A DNA stretch of 32,000 nt from Methylorubrum extorquens (GTDB taxonomy: Bacteria > Pseudomonadota > Alphaproteobacteria > Rhizobiales > Beijerinckiaceae), in contig LT962688.1 of assembly GCA_900234795.1 (NCBI GenBank), positions 1,380,001 through 1,412,000 on the forward strand, written 5' to 3'. Position 1 is the stretch's first letter. Each line of letters opens with the position of its first letter. A program made the translations under genes and the position numbers. The notes beneath the pieces are model-generated. The model made no database searches and had not been told where the DNA came from. It saw only the letters and a program-made list of their open reading frames with translations. This document shows positions 7,895-17,869 of this stretch, piece after piece.

Positions 7895-9448
7895 ATGTCT
7901 TTCGCCGATCTTGGACTGAGCGACAAGGTACTCCAAGCCGTCACCACGGCCGGCTACACCGAGCCGACGCCGATCCAGGCCCAGGCGATCCCGCATGTGC
8001 TCGCCCGGCGCGACGTGCTCGGCATCGCCCAGACCGGCACCGGTAAGACCGCCGCCTTCACCCTGCCGATGCTGACCATGCTGGAGACCGGCCGCGCCCG
8101 GGCTCGCATGCCGCGCACGCTCATCCTGGAGCCGACCCGCGAACTCGCGGCGCAGGTCGAGGAGAATTTCGAGCGCTACGGCACCAACCACAAGCTCAAC
8201 GTGGCGCTCATCATCGGCGGCGTCTCCTTCGCCGACCAGGATGCCAAGCTCACCCGCGGTACCGACGTGCTGATCGCGACGCCGGGGCGCCTGCTCGACC
8301 ATTTCGAGCGCGGCAAGCTGCTGCTGACCGGCGTCGAGCTTCTCGTCATCGACGAGGCCGACCGGATGCTCGACATGGGGTTCATTCCCGACATCGAGCG
8401 CATCGTGAAGATGGTGCCCTTCACGCGCCAGACGCTGTTCTTCTCCGCGACCATGCCGCCGGAGATCGAGCGGCTGGCCGACATGTTCCTGCACAACCCG
8501 CAGCGGGTCGAGGTGGCGCGTCCCGCCTCCACCGCCACGACCATCGAGCAGCGCCTCGTGGCGACGGGCGCGGAGGGCCATGAGAAGCGCAAGGTGCTGC
8601 GCCACCTCATCCGCTCGGCGAGCGAGCTGCAGAACGGCATCATCTTCTGCAACCGCAAGCGCGACGTCGCCCAGCTTCAGCGCTCGCTGACCAGCCACGG
8701 CTTCAACGCGGCAGCACTCCACGGCGACATGGACCAGCGCGCCCGCATGGCCGCCCTCGATGGCTTCCGCAGCGGCGAGGTTCCGCTGCTGGTGGCCTCG
8801 GACGTCGCCGCGCGCGGCCTCGATATCCCCGCCGTCAGCCACGTCTTCAACTTCGACGTGCCGCACCACCCGGAGGATTACGTCCACCGGATCGGACGCA
8901 CCGGCCGCGCCGGCCGCTCGGGCCAGGCCTTCACCCTCGCGAGCCGAAGCGACGAGCGCTCGCTCTCGGCGATCGAGAGCCTGATCGGTCAGCCGATCGC
9001 CTGGCTCGACGGCGATCTTGCCAGCGTCTCCGACGAGGTGGAGGGCGACGAGCCGCGCCGCCGCCGCGGCAGCCGCCGGGCCAAGGAAACCAAGGGGGGC
9101 GAGGAAACCAAGAGCGGCGGGCGCAGCACCGAGCGGAGTGCCGCCCCGTCGAGCGAAAGCCCCCGCAGCGAGAACCGCTCCCGCGGAGGTCGCCGTCCGG
9201 CCGCCGAGCGCAGCCGCGCCGACGCGCCCCGGCGAGACCCGGTGCGTGTGCCGGAACCGGTTGCGGTTGCCCCTTCCCCTGCCCCTTCCCGCGAGTTGGC
9301 CCGCGAGCCCGTCCGGAGCGCCCCCGAACGCGCGCGCGGCGAGCGTCGTCCCCCGCGTCGCGACGAGGACGGCGAGACGCCGGTCGGCCTCGGTTCGCAC
9401 GTCCCGGCCTTCCTGCTGAAGCCGACCGGGTTCGGGAAGAGCAAGTAG
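7895..9448 (+). CDS. rhlE: DEAD-box ATP-dependent RNA helicase (RhlE-like) with Arg/Ser/Glu-rich C-terminal tail
   Basis: 517 aa. It has a Q-motif (GYTEPTPIQ), motif I AQTGTGKT, PTRELA, DEAD, SAT and HRIGRTGRAG. The basic low-complexity tail starts after about residue 380. Confidence 0.95.
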   Translation: MSFADLGLSDKVLQAVTTAGYTEPTPIQAQAIPHVLARRDVLGIAQTGTGKTAAFTLPMLTMLETGRARARMPRTLILEPTRELAAQVEENFERYGTNHKLNVALIIGGVSFADQDAKLTRGTDVLIATPGRLLDHFERGKLLLTGVELLVIDEADRMLDMGFIPDIERIVKMVPFTRQTLFFSATMPPEIERLADMFLHNPQRVEVARPASTATTIEQRLVATGAEGHEKRKVLRHLIRSASELQNGIIFCNRKRDVAQLQRSLTSHGFNAAALHGDMDQRARMAALDGFRSGEVPLLVASDVAARGLDIPAVSHVFNFDVPHHPEDYVHRIGRTGRAGRSGQAFTLASRSDERSLSAIESLIGQPIAWLDGDLASVSDEVEGDEPRRRRGSRRAKETKGGEETKSGGRSTERSAAPSSESPRSENRSRGGRRPAAERSRADAPRRDPVRVPEPVAVAPSPAPSRELAREPVRSAPERARGERRPPRRDEDGETPVGLGSHVPAFLLKPTGFGKSK

Positions 9449-9642
9449 CTCCTCGACCCAATCCCGCGGATCCCATCGCGTCGGCGCGATGGGGGCCCTC
9501 CTCGAGCGCCGCGCGGGTGGGGCGATCCGGTCCCTGCTTCGATCAAAACGCCCGCGCGGCGAAGGGTCGGCGCTCGGGCGCTTTGTGAGACGCTCTTAAC
9601 GTCCTGGCGAGATTCTGAGACGACACTTCGGCGGAGCGGACG

Positions 9643-10752
9643 ATGTGGGCGGCGTGCCCCGTCCGCAGGAGCCTACGTCACCGGATGAGCCCCGATCCCG
9701 ATCGTGATCGCAGTTTCGTGCTCGCGCAGCGCAGCTTCGAGCTGATGCGCGACTACTGTGCCTGCGCGACGCCGCGGGCCTACGCCGTGTGGTATCTCTA
9801 CGTCTCCGGCACGCAGCCGCTGATGAACGATGCGGTCAAGCGGCTCACGACGCAGAACGGCACGCTGACCAGCGCCGACATCGAAGGGCTCCACGACACC
9901 TACATTGACGGCCGCCGCATGGCCGTGGAGGTGGACCGGATGAATTCGAGCCTCATCGCCGAGGTCGAGGGCATCATGGAAATGATCGAGGTCTCGATCC
10001 GCTCCACCGCCCAGTACGGCGAGTCGCTTCAGGCCCTGTCCCACGACATCGCCAACACGGCCACGAGCCGGACGCGTCTGCGCGAGGTCGTTACGACGAT
10101 CATCGCCAACACCCGCGACGTGACCGCCAACAACCGCACCCTCGAAGCGCGGATGCGCGAGAGCCGCAGCGAGATCGAGGCCTTACGCGAGACGCTGGAG
10201 GCGGCCCGTCTGGAGAGCCTGACCGACGCCCTGACGGGGCTGGGCAACCGCAAGAATTTCGAGGAGTCGCTCCGCAAGAGCGTCGATCGGCAGTCTGCCT
10301 CGGCGCAGCAGGGCAAGCCGGCGAGCCTGATCGTGATCGACATCGATTCGTTCAAGCGCTTCAACGACCTCTACGGCCACCTGACCGGGGATCAGGTGCT
10401 GCGCCTCGTCGCCATCGTGATGCGCGAGCATATCGGTCAGAAAAACGCGACGCTCGCCCGGTTCGGCGGCGAGGAATTCGGCATCGTCCTGCCGGAAACC
10501 GACCGGGTCGAGGCGCGCGCCATCGCCGAGCGGGTGCGCATCGGCGTCGCCGGCCGCGAACTGGTGAAGCGCTCCACCGGCGAATCGCTCGGCAAGGTCA
10601 CGGTCTCACTCGGCGTCGCGACCCAGCGCGAGGATGACAACGCGGTCTCCCTGCTGGAACGGGCCGATGCCTGCCTGTTCGCCGCCAAGCGCGCCGGCCG
10701 CAACCGCACTCTCGACGAGACCGAGGTCGAGAACCTGCGCGACGTCGCCTGA
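9643..10752 (+). CDS. Diguanylate cyclase (GGDEF domain, GGEEF active site) with N-terminal coiled-coil sensor-like region
   Basis: 369 aa. The GGDEF domain includes DALTGLGNRKNF, DIDSFKRFNDLYGH and RFGGEEFGIVL. No RxxD I-site lies 5 residues upstream of GGEEF. ATG 9643 is preceded by GGAG at a 6-nt spacing. Confidence 0.9.
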   Translation: MWAACPVRRSLRHRMSPDPDRDRSFVLAQRSFELMRDYCACATPRAYAVWYLYVSGTQPLMNDAVKRLTTQNGTLTSADIEGLHDTYIDGRRMAVEVDRMNSSLIAEVEGIMEMIEVSIRSTAQYGESLQALSHDIANTATSRTRLREVVTTIIANTRDVTANNRTLEARMRESRSEIEALRETLEAARLESLTDALTGLGNRKNFEESLRKSVDRQSASAQQGKPASLIVIDIDSFKRFNDLYGHLTGDQVLRLVAIVMREHIGQKNATLARFGGEEFGIVLPETDRVEARAIAERVRIGVAGRELVKRSTGESLGKVTVSLGVATQREDDNAVSLLERADACLFAAKRAGRNRTLDETEVENLRDVA

Positions 10753-10764
10753 GGCGGAAGAGAG

Positions 10765-10796
10765 CCTCGTCCCGAAAGGCGGCCTCCGGGACGAGG
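10765..10796. terminator. Stem-loop between convergent genes (diguanylate cyclase and sufA)
   Basis: A perfect 10-bp inverted repeat, CCTCGTCCCG (10765-10774) and CGGGACGAGG (10787-10796). No clear T-run on either side. Confidence 0.45.
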
Positions 10797-10805
10797 CGGC
10801 GCCGA

Positions 10806-11186
10806 TCAGGCCGTAGCGCCGGCCGTGAGCCGCTCGGGATTGACCGGCGTGATCGCCACGGATTCGCCGCAGCCGCAGGCCGAAGTCTGGTTCGGGTTGT
10901 TGAACACGAACTGCGACGACAGCTTGGTCGTCTGGAAATCCATCTCGGTGCCGAGCAGGAACAGCACCGCCTTGGGATCGATGAACACGGTCACGCCCCG
11001 GTCCTCGATCACGTCCTCGCCGGCTTTCCGCTCCTCGGCATACTCCATCGTGTAGGACATGCCGGCGCAGCCGCCGTTCTTCACGCCGACGCGCAAACCG
11101 GCGATCGGCGTCTCCGCATCGGCCATGATCGCCTTGAGCCGGTCCGCGGCGCGGTCGGTCAGCGTGATCACCTTGAAACTGGACAT
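10806..11186 (-). CDS. sufA: Iron-sulfur cluster insertion/assembly protein, A-type carrier (SufA/IscA/ErpA family)
   Basis: 126 aa starting at ATG 11186 (MSSFKVITLTDRAADRLKAI), preceded by GGAGAG. The three conserved Cys are in GGCAGMSY and CGCGESV. Confidence 0.9.
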   Translation of the reverse strand: MSSFKVITLTDRAADRLKAIMADAETPIAGLRVGVKNGGCAGMSYTMEYAEERKAGEDVIEDRGVTVFIDPKAVLFLLGTEMDFQTTKLSSQFVFNNPNQTSACGCGESVAITPVNPERLTAGATA

Positions 11187-11343
11187 TGGGGTCTCTCTCC
11201 TGCGGCCGGGTTCAAGGCCCGGGCGGGTGAGGGGTTTTCGTACATCTGCAAAGATAAGCACTCCCCCGGCGCCGGTCCACCAGGAGACCGGGCACACCGG
11301 ACGATTGCAGCCGTGCTATGCTGAATTGGTGACGGAGCGCACG

Positions 11344-11949
11344 ATGGCCGAGCCTGCTGGGCGGCGGATGACGCCGGACGAGTTTTTCGCGTGGCAGCTC
11401 CATCAGGACGAGCGTTACGAACTCGTCGATGGCATCCCGATCCTGCGCCACCGGATGATGACCGGCAGCAGCACGCAGCACGATCAAGCCACCGTCAACA
11501 TCATTGCTTCGCTGCACGCACAACTGCGCGGCTCTGGCTGCCGGCCGACGACGGCGGACATCGCGATCCGAACCGGCATTCGCGATCTGCGACGCCCCGA
11601 CGTGATGGTCGAGTGCGCCGAACTCGTTCGCGACACCTACGAGGCCCGCGAACCGCGGCTGGTCGTCGAGGTCGCCTCCCCCTCGACGAGCGCCGTTGAT
11701 CGGACGCGCAAGCTGGAAGAGTACAAGCGCCATCCGACCCTGCGCTGCATCCTTCTCGTCGAGACCGTCCTGCCGCAGGTTCTCCTCTATCGCCGCAACG
11801 ACGTGGGCTGGGCGATCGAGACCTTCGACGGTCTCGCGGCGATCATCGATTTGCCCGAGATCGGTGCGCGGCTGACGCTGTCGGACATCTACGATGGATT
11901 GACGTTCGGACCGCATTGGGATCCGGCCGCCCCCCAACCAGAGGGCTGA
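11344..11949 (+). CDS. Uma2-family (DUF820) putative restriction-endonuclease-like protein
   Basis: 201 aa starting at ATG 11344. MTPDEFFAWQLHQDERYELVDGIPI, then RRPDVMVEC and EPRLVVEVASPST, give the PD-(D/E)xK-like D...EVxS signature of Uma2. The KLEEYKRHPTLRCILLVE region also fits the family. Confidence 0.85.
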   Translation: MAEPAGRRMTPDEFFAWQLHQDERYELVDGIPILRHRMMTGSSTQHDQATVNIIASLHAQLRGSGCRPTTADIAIRTGIRDLRRPDVMVECAELVRDTYEAREPRLVVEVASPSTSAVDRTRKLEEYKRHPTLRCILLVETVLPQVLLYRRNDVGWAIETFDGLAAIIDLPEIGARLTLSDIYDGLTFGPHWDPAAPQPEG

Positions 11950-11998
11950 AGCGTGCCGACCCTGCGAAGTCCGCAAGGTCGGGCGACGGGATCGCCCC

Positions 11999-12382
11999 TT
12001 ACCACATGTCCAGCGCGACGCGGGCCTCGTCGGACATCCGGCTCTGGTCCCACGGCGGATCGAACACCATCGTGACGGAGCAGGATTGGACGCCCTGAAC
12101 CGCCGAGACCGCGTTCTCGACCCAGCCCGGCATCTCGCCGGCCACCGGGCAGCCGGGGGCGGTCAGCGTCATGTCGATCAGCACGCGCCGGTCATCCTCG
12201 ATCTGCACCCGGTAGATCAGGCCGAGCTCGTAGATGTCGGCGGGGATCTCCGGGTCGTAGACGCTCTTGAGCGCCACGACGATGTCGTCGGTCAGGCGAT
12301 CGATTTCCTCGGCCGGGATCGCGGAGGCGGCCACGAGGGCGGGGGTGTTGGTGCCGCCGGTGATGGTGGCGTCGGTGCTCAT
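11999..12382 (-). CDS. sufT: SUF-system Fe-S assembly protein, DUF59/SufT (PaaD-like) family
   Basis: 127 aa starting at ATG 12382. It has the DUF59 core VYDPEIPADIYELGLIY and TLTAPGCPVAG with the conserved Cys. Confidence 0.88.
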   Translation of the reverse strand: MSTDATITGGTNTPALVAASAIPAEEIDRLTDDIVVALKSVYDPEIPADIYELGLIYRVQIEDDRRVLIDMTLTAPGCPVAGEMPGWVENAVSAVQGVQSCSVTMVFDPPWDQSRMSDEARVALDMW

Positions 12383-12432
12383 CGGGTCTCTCCCTCGGCC
12401 GCCGCCGGCGACGGCCGAAATTCCCAAAAGAA

Positions 12433-13689
12433 TCAGGCGAACAGCATCTCGGCCTTGGCCAGAGCCGCGGCCAGGACATCGATTTCCTGCGTCGTATTAT
12501 ACAGACCGAACGAGGCGCGACAGGTCGAGGTGACACCGAAGCGCGTCAGCAACGGCATCGCGCAGTGAGTGCCGGCCCGCACCGCGACGCCCTGGTGGTC
12601 GATCACGGTGGCGATGTCGTGGGCGTGCGCGCCCTTCACCTCAAAGGCGATGACGCCGCCCTTGTCGCGGGAATTGCCGATCTGGCGGATCGAATTCATC
12701 GCGCCGAGCCGCTCCTGGGCGTAGGCGGTCAGCATCGCCTCGTGCGCGGCGATCTTGTCGCGGCCGAGCTTCATCATGAATTCCAGCGCCGCGCCGAGGC
12801 CGACCGCCTCGATGATCGCCGGCGTGCCCGCCTCGAAGCGGTGGGGCGGATCGTTGTAGGTGATCGCGTCCTGGCTCACCGTGCGGATCATCTCGCCGCC
12901 ACCCTGATAGGGCGGGAGCCGGTCGAGCCACTCCTTCTTGCCGTAGAGCACGCCGATGCCGGTCGGCCCGTAGACCTTGTGGCCGGTGAAGACGAAGAAG
13001 TCGCAATCGAGCGCGCGCACATCGACCGGGCGGTGCACCGCGCTCTGCGCTCCGTCGAGCAGCACCGGCACGCCGTGGGCGTGGGCGATGCGCACGATCT
13101 CTTCGGCCGGCGTCACCGTGCCGAGCACGTTCGACATGTGGGTGATCGCCACCATCTTGGTGCGCGGCGTGAAGAGCTTTTCGTATTCCTCGACCAGGAA
13201 GTTGCCGTCGTCATCGACCGGCGCCCACTTGATGACGGCGCCGCGCCGCTCGCGCAGGAAATGCCAGGGCACGATGTTGGAGTGGTGCTCCATGATCGAG
13301 AGGATGATCTCGTCCCCCTCCCCGATCAGCCCGGCCCAGCCCATGGAGGAAGCCACGAGGTTGTAGGCCTCGGTCGCGTTGCGGGTGAAGATGATCTCGT
13401 CGGTCGAGGCCGCGTTGAGGAACTGGCGCGTGGTCTCGCGCGCGCCCTCGAACCCCTCGGTCGCGGCATTGGCCATGTAGTGCAGGCCACGGTGCACGTT
13501 GGCGTAGCCGGTCTCCATGCAGGAGACCATCGCGTCGATCACGGCCCGCGGCTTCTGCGTCGAGGCGGCGTTGTCGAGATAGACCAGCGGTTTGCCGTAG
13601 ACCTTTTCCGACAGGATCGGGAATTCCTTCCGGATCGCTTCGACGTCGTAGGACGAGTCCTGGGCAGTGGTACGGACGGGTGCGTTCAT
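12433..13689 (-). CDS. sufS: Cysteine desulfurase, group II (SufS)
   Basis: 418 aa. It has YLDNAASTQKP, the PLP lysine in FTGHKVYGPTGIG, and RAGTHCAMPL with the active-site Cys. It sits in a suf operon context. Confidence 0.95.
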   Translation of the reverse strand: MNAPVRTTAQDSSYDVEAIRKEFPILSEKVYGKPLVYLDNAASTQKPRAVIDAMVSCMETGYANVHRGLHYMANAATEGFEGARETTRQFLNAASTDEIIFTRNATEAYNLVASSMGWAGLIGEGDEIILSIMEHHSNIVPWHFLRERRGAVIKWAPVDDDGNFLVEEYEKLFTPRTKMVAITHMSNVLGTVTPAEEIVRIAHAHGVPVLLDGAQSAVHRPVDVRALDCDFFVFTGHKVYGPTGIGVLYGKKEWLDRLPPYQGGGEMIRTVSQDAITYNDPPHRFEAGTPAIIEAVGLGAALEFMMKLGRDKIAAHEAMLTAYAQERLGAMNSIRQIGNSRDKGGVIAFEVKGAHAHDIATVIDHQGVAVRAGTHCAMPLLTRFGVTSTCRASFGLYNTTQEIDVLAAALAKAEMLFA

Positions 13690-13744
13690 CGTCTCGACCT
13701 CGAAGCGGCGCGGCCCGTCATAGAGCCGTCTTTCCCTTCACTCC

Positions 13745-13925
13745 CCTCATCCTGAGGTGCTGGAGCGAAGCGGAGGCCTCGAAGGAGACCTCCCAATTTC
13801 GTCGGTATCCCCTGAGCCGTCCTTTCGAGGCCCGCTGACGCGGCCCCCTCGGGATGAGGCTCAGGGTGGGGGTGCCCGACCTGGGCAGGGACCTGCGGAT
13901 CCCCGGCAGGCCGGCGATCCGCGGG
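13745..13925. repeat. Palindromic intergenic repeat element (REP/MITE-like) in the sufD-sufS spacer
   Basis: Outer arms CCTCATCCTGAGG (13745-13757) and CCTCGGGATGAGG (13847-13859) match at 12 of 13 positions as an inverted repeat. Inner arms are GGCCTCGAAGGA and TCCTTTCGAGGCC. A second hairpin pairs CCTGCGGATC (13892-13901) with GATCCGCGGG (13916-13925). The element fills a 255-nt gap inside an operon. Confidence 0.6.
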
Positions 13926-13944
13926 TCGGGTTGTGGGCGGCGCC

Positions 13945-15272
13945 CTACCCTCTCGACGCCAGCCACGCCTCGATCCCGCCGATCAGCACCGCGCGGGCGC
14001 CCTCATGCGTGACCGTCTCCACCGCCTCGCCGACGAAGGCCTGGACCAGCAGGCTCTCGGCGGTGGCGCGCGGCAGGCCGCGGGCCATGAGGTAGAACAG
14101 GAGATCCTCGTCCGGCGCGCCGCAGGTGGCGCCATGGCCGCAGGCGACGTCGTCGGCGAAGATTTCCAGCTCCGGCTTGTTCATCATCTGACCGTCGTCG
14201 GTCAGGAGCAGGCAGTCGGACTTCATCTTGCCGTCGGTCTGCTGCGCGACCTGGCGGACGATGATCTTGCCCTGGAACACGCCAGTGGAATCGCCGTCGA
14301 TCACCGTCTTGAACATCTCGCGGCCGACGCCGCCCGTCGCCGCATGGTCGGCGAGCAGGGTCGAATCCGCGAGCTGGCCGTGGCCGAGCAGCGTCGCGCC
14401 GTTGACCACCGCGTTGGCGTCCTCGCCCGCGACGTGCAGGTAGATCTGGTGACGCGAGAGCTTGGCGCCGGTGACGAGGTTGACGGTCTCGAGCTGCGCC
14501 CGCGCGTCGAGGCGCACCGAGAGCGTCGAGAGGGGCGACGGCCGCGTCCCCTTCCCGGTTGAGGCGGGTGTGGCGGAAGGCGGCCTCGGCGCCGATATGC
14601 ACGTCGAGCGCGTCGTTGGGCTGGTAGGTCAGCCCGGCCGGCCCCTCGTGGCTCTCCAGCAGGAAGAATTCCGCCTCAGCGCCGACATCGACCAGAACGC
14701 GGGTCGCGGTCGAGAAGGCGGCCTCACCCGTGCCGACGAAGCGCAGGTGGATCGGCGTCGCCGGCTTGGCGCCGGGGGCGACCGAGATCAGCGCACCATC
14801 CGCGAGGAAGGCGGTGTTGAGCTGGTAGATCGGGTTCTCGCGCACCTGCTCGACGGGGGGCGAGGAGCTTCAGGCGGGCGTCGCCCTTGCCCATCGCCTC
14901 GTTGAGCGGGGTGACCGTCACGCCCTCCGGCACCCGGTCGAGATCCGACAGGGACGCGACGAGATGGCCGTTGACGAAGGTGAGGCGGACGGCCTCGACC
15001 GCGTTGAAGCCCGTGGTCCCGGCGACGGCGGCCCGGGCCGCGTCCTCGCTCGGCGCCTCGGCAGGCGGAGCGGCTTCCGTGATGGCGGCGCGCAGGTCGG
15101 TGTACTTGAACGCCTCGACCCGGCGGCTCGGCAGGCCGGTCGCCTCGAAGAAGCGGAACGCCTCCTCGCGGCTGATCGCCTGCTCGCTGGCGAAGCCTTT
15201 GCGTGCGGACTCGAACAGCTTGGAGAGGCCGGCCTCGGCGGGGGAGCGGAGATTGGTGACGTCGGCCATCAC
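13945..15272 (-). pseudogene. sufD: Fe-S cluster assembly protein SufD, interrupted by two frameshifts (or two homopolymer sequencing errors)
   Basis: SufD-like sequence is spread over three minus-strand frames. The first is 15272-~14858 (MMADVTNL...GDARLKLLAP). The second is ~14855-~14536 (VEQVRENPIYQLNTAFLADG...NREGDAAVA). The third is ~14533-13945 (LSTLSVRLDARAQLETVN...IEAWLASRG). Removing one G from the G6 run at 14855-14860 and one from the G4 run at 14532-14535 restores a single ORF of about 440 aa. The start overlaps the sufC stop. Confidence 0.85.
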
Positions 15273-16021
15273 GCAGCCTCGCTCGTGCGGTACTCGGCGT
15301 AGCCGGAGGCCTCGAGTTCCAGCGCCAGCTCCTTGCCGCCGGTCTTCACGATCTGGCCCTTCGACATGACGTGCACGGTGTCGGGCACGATGTGGTTCAG
15401 GAGCCGCTGGTAGTGGGTGATGACGAGGAACGAGCGGCCCTGCGCGCGCAGCGCGTTCACGCCCTCGGAGACGATGCGCAGCGCGTCGATGTCGAGGCCG
15501 GAATCGGTCTCGTCGAGCACACAGAACTTCGGCTGCAGCAGCGCCATCTGGAGGATCTCCATGCGCTTCTTCTCGCCGCCGGAGAAGCCGACGTTGAGGG
15601 CGCGCTTGAGCATCTCCTTGTTGATCTCGAGCTTGTCGGCGGCCGTGTTCACCGCGCGGATGAAGTCGGGGGTCGAGAGCTCGGCCTCGCCGCGCGCCTT
15701 GCGCTGCGCGTTAAGGCAGGCCTTGAGGAAGGTCATCGTCCCCACGCCCGGGATCTCCAGCGGGTACTGGAAGGCGAGGAAGATGCCGGCGGCGGCGCGC
15801 TCGTCGGCCGCCATCTCCAGCACGTTCTGCCCGTCGAGCAGGATCTCGCCGTCGAGGACCTCGTAGTCCTCCTTGCCGGCGATGACGTAGGAGAGCGTCG
15901 ACTTGCCCGACCCGTTCGGGCCCATGATCGCGGCGACCTCGCCGTCGTTCACGGTCAGGTTCAGGCCGTTGAGGATGCGGTTATCCTCGATCTGCACGAC
16001 GAGGTTTTTGATCTCAAGCAT
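15269..16021 (-). CDS. sufC: Fe-S cluster assembly ATPase SufC
   Basis: 250 aa. It has Walker [10 protein letters not shown], the atypical signature [13 protein letters not shown], Walker [12 protein letters not shown] and ITHY. Confidence 0.97.
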   Translation of the reverse strand: MLEIKNLVVQIEDNRILNGLNLTVNDGEVAAIMGPNGSGKSTLSYVIAGKEDYEVLDGEILLDGQNVLEMAADERAAAGIFLAFQYPLEIPGVGTMTFLKACLNAQRKARGEAELSTPDFIRAVNTAADKLEINKEMLKRALNVGFSGGEKKRMEILQMALLQPKFCVLDETDSGLDIDALRIVSEGVNALRAQGRSFLVITHYQRLLNHIVPDTVHVMSKGQIVKTGGKELALELEASGYAEYRTSEAA

Positions 16022-16060
16022 CGTTCGATAGTCCTAATTCAATTCCGATGACCTTCCCTT

Positions 16061-16267
16061 CCCCTCGGCGGGGGAGGGTGGCCCTCGCGTCAGCGAGGGT
16101 CGGGAGAGGGGAGCGCCGGTTCCGGAGAGGTCGCTTCCGGGCGCCCCATCCGGCCGCGTCGCGCGGCCCCTCTCCCGCCTGCTTGGCAGGCACCCTCCCC
16201 CGCTTCTCAAGTCGGGCTTGCCCGACTTGGGCATTCGGGATGGGGATATCGGGCAAGCCCGATATCC
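16061..16267. repeat. Compound palindromic repeat element in the sufB-sufC spacer
   Basis: Two inverted copies of a unit of about 45 nt: GCGGGGGAGGGTG...CGGGAGAGGGG at 16068-16111, and CCCCTCTCCCG...CACCCTCCCCCGC at 16167-16203. Two perfect hairpins follow: CAAGTCGGGC-TT-GCCCGACTTG (16208-16229) and GGATATCGGGC-AA-GCCCGATATCC (16244-16267). Together they fill a 285-nt intra-operon gap. Confidence 0.65.
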
Positions 16268-16306
16268 GTGGGGGAAGGACATTCGTTCTGTCCGTGTCGA
16301 AGCGCG

Positions 16307-17776
<1,470 letters not shown>

Positions 17777-17869
17777 TCAGCGTCTCCTACCGACTCCGGC
17801 GTCAAGGACCGGGGGTTTCCAACGACACGGCGGGTTTGCCGCCGAAAGAATGGCTTGGGCGGGCGGCGC

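Noticed and set aside
9472-9493. The hairpin CCCATCGCG-N4-CGCGATGGG after rhlE as a terminator.
   Set aside because: The stem is real, but it has no T-run and lies in a GC-rich spacer where such short palindromes are common. It is too weak to call.
10750-10762. An identical 13-mer, TGAGGCGGAAGAG, spans the stop codons of two unrelated plus-strand genes (10750-10762 and 19957-19969).
   Set aside because: A single shared 13-mer within 32 kb of strongly GC-biased sequence is within chance expectation. The flanks do not extend the match.
13718-13966. ORFs of 80-82 aa inside the intra-operon spacers: 13718-13966(-), 16014-16256(-) and 16034-16282(-).
   Set aside because: They are read-through translations of the palindromic repeat elements. 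Both strands give similar-looking peptides, as expected for palindromes, and there are no start or RBS signals.
14518-14860. Programmed ribosomal frameshifting as an explanation for the split sufD.
   Set aside because: Two independent shifts of the same sign would both be needed. No slippery heptamer plus downstream structure is evident, and no precedent for sufD is known to me. Homopolymer error or pseudogenisation is simpler.
16061-16267. Possible CRISPR array suggested by the repeated GC-rich palindromes.
   Set aside because: Only two inverted copies plus unrelated hairpins are present. There are no regularly spaced direct repeats with unique spacers, and no cas genes apart from the Cas2-like VapD 4 kb away, which is a stand-alone toxin-antitoxin-type gene.
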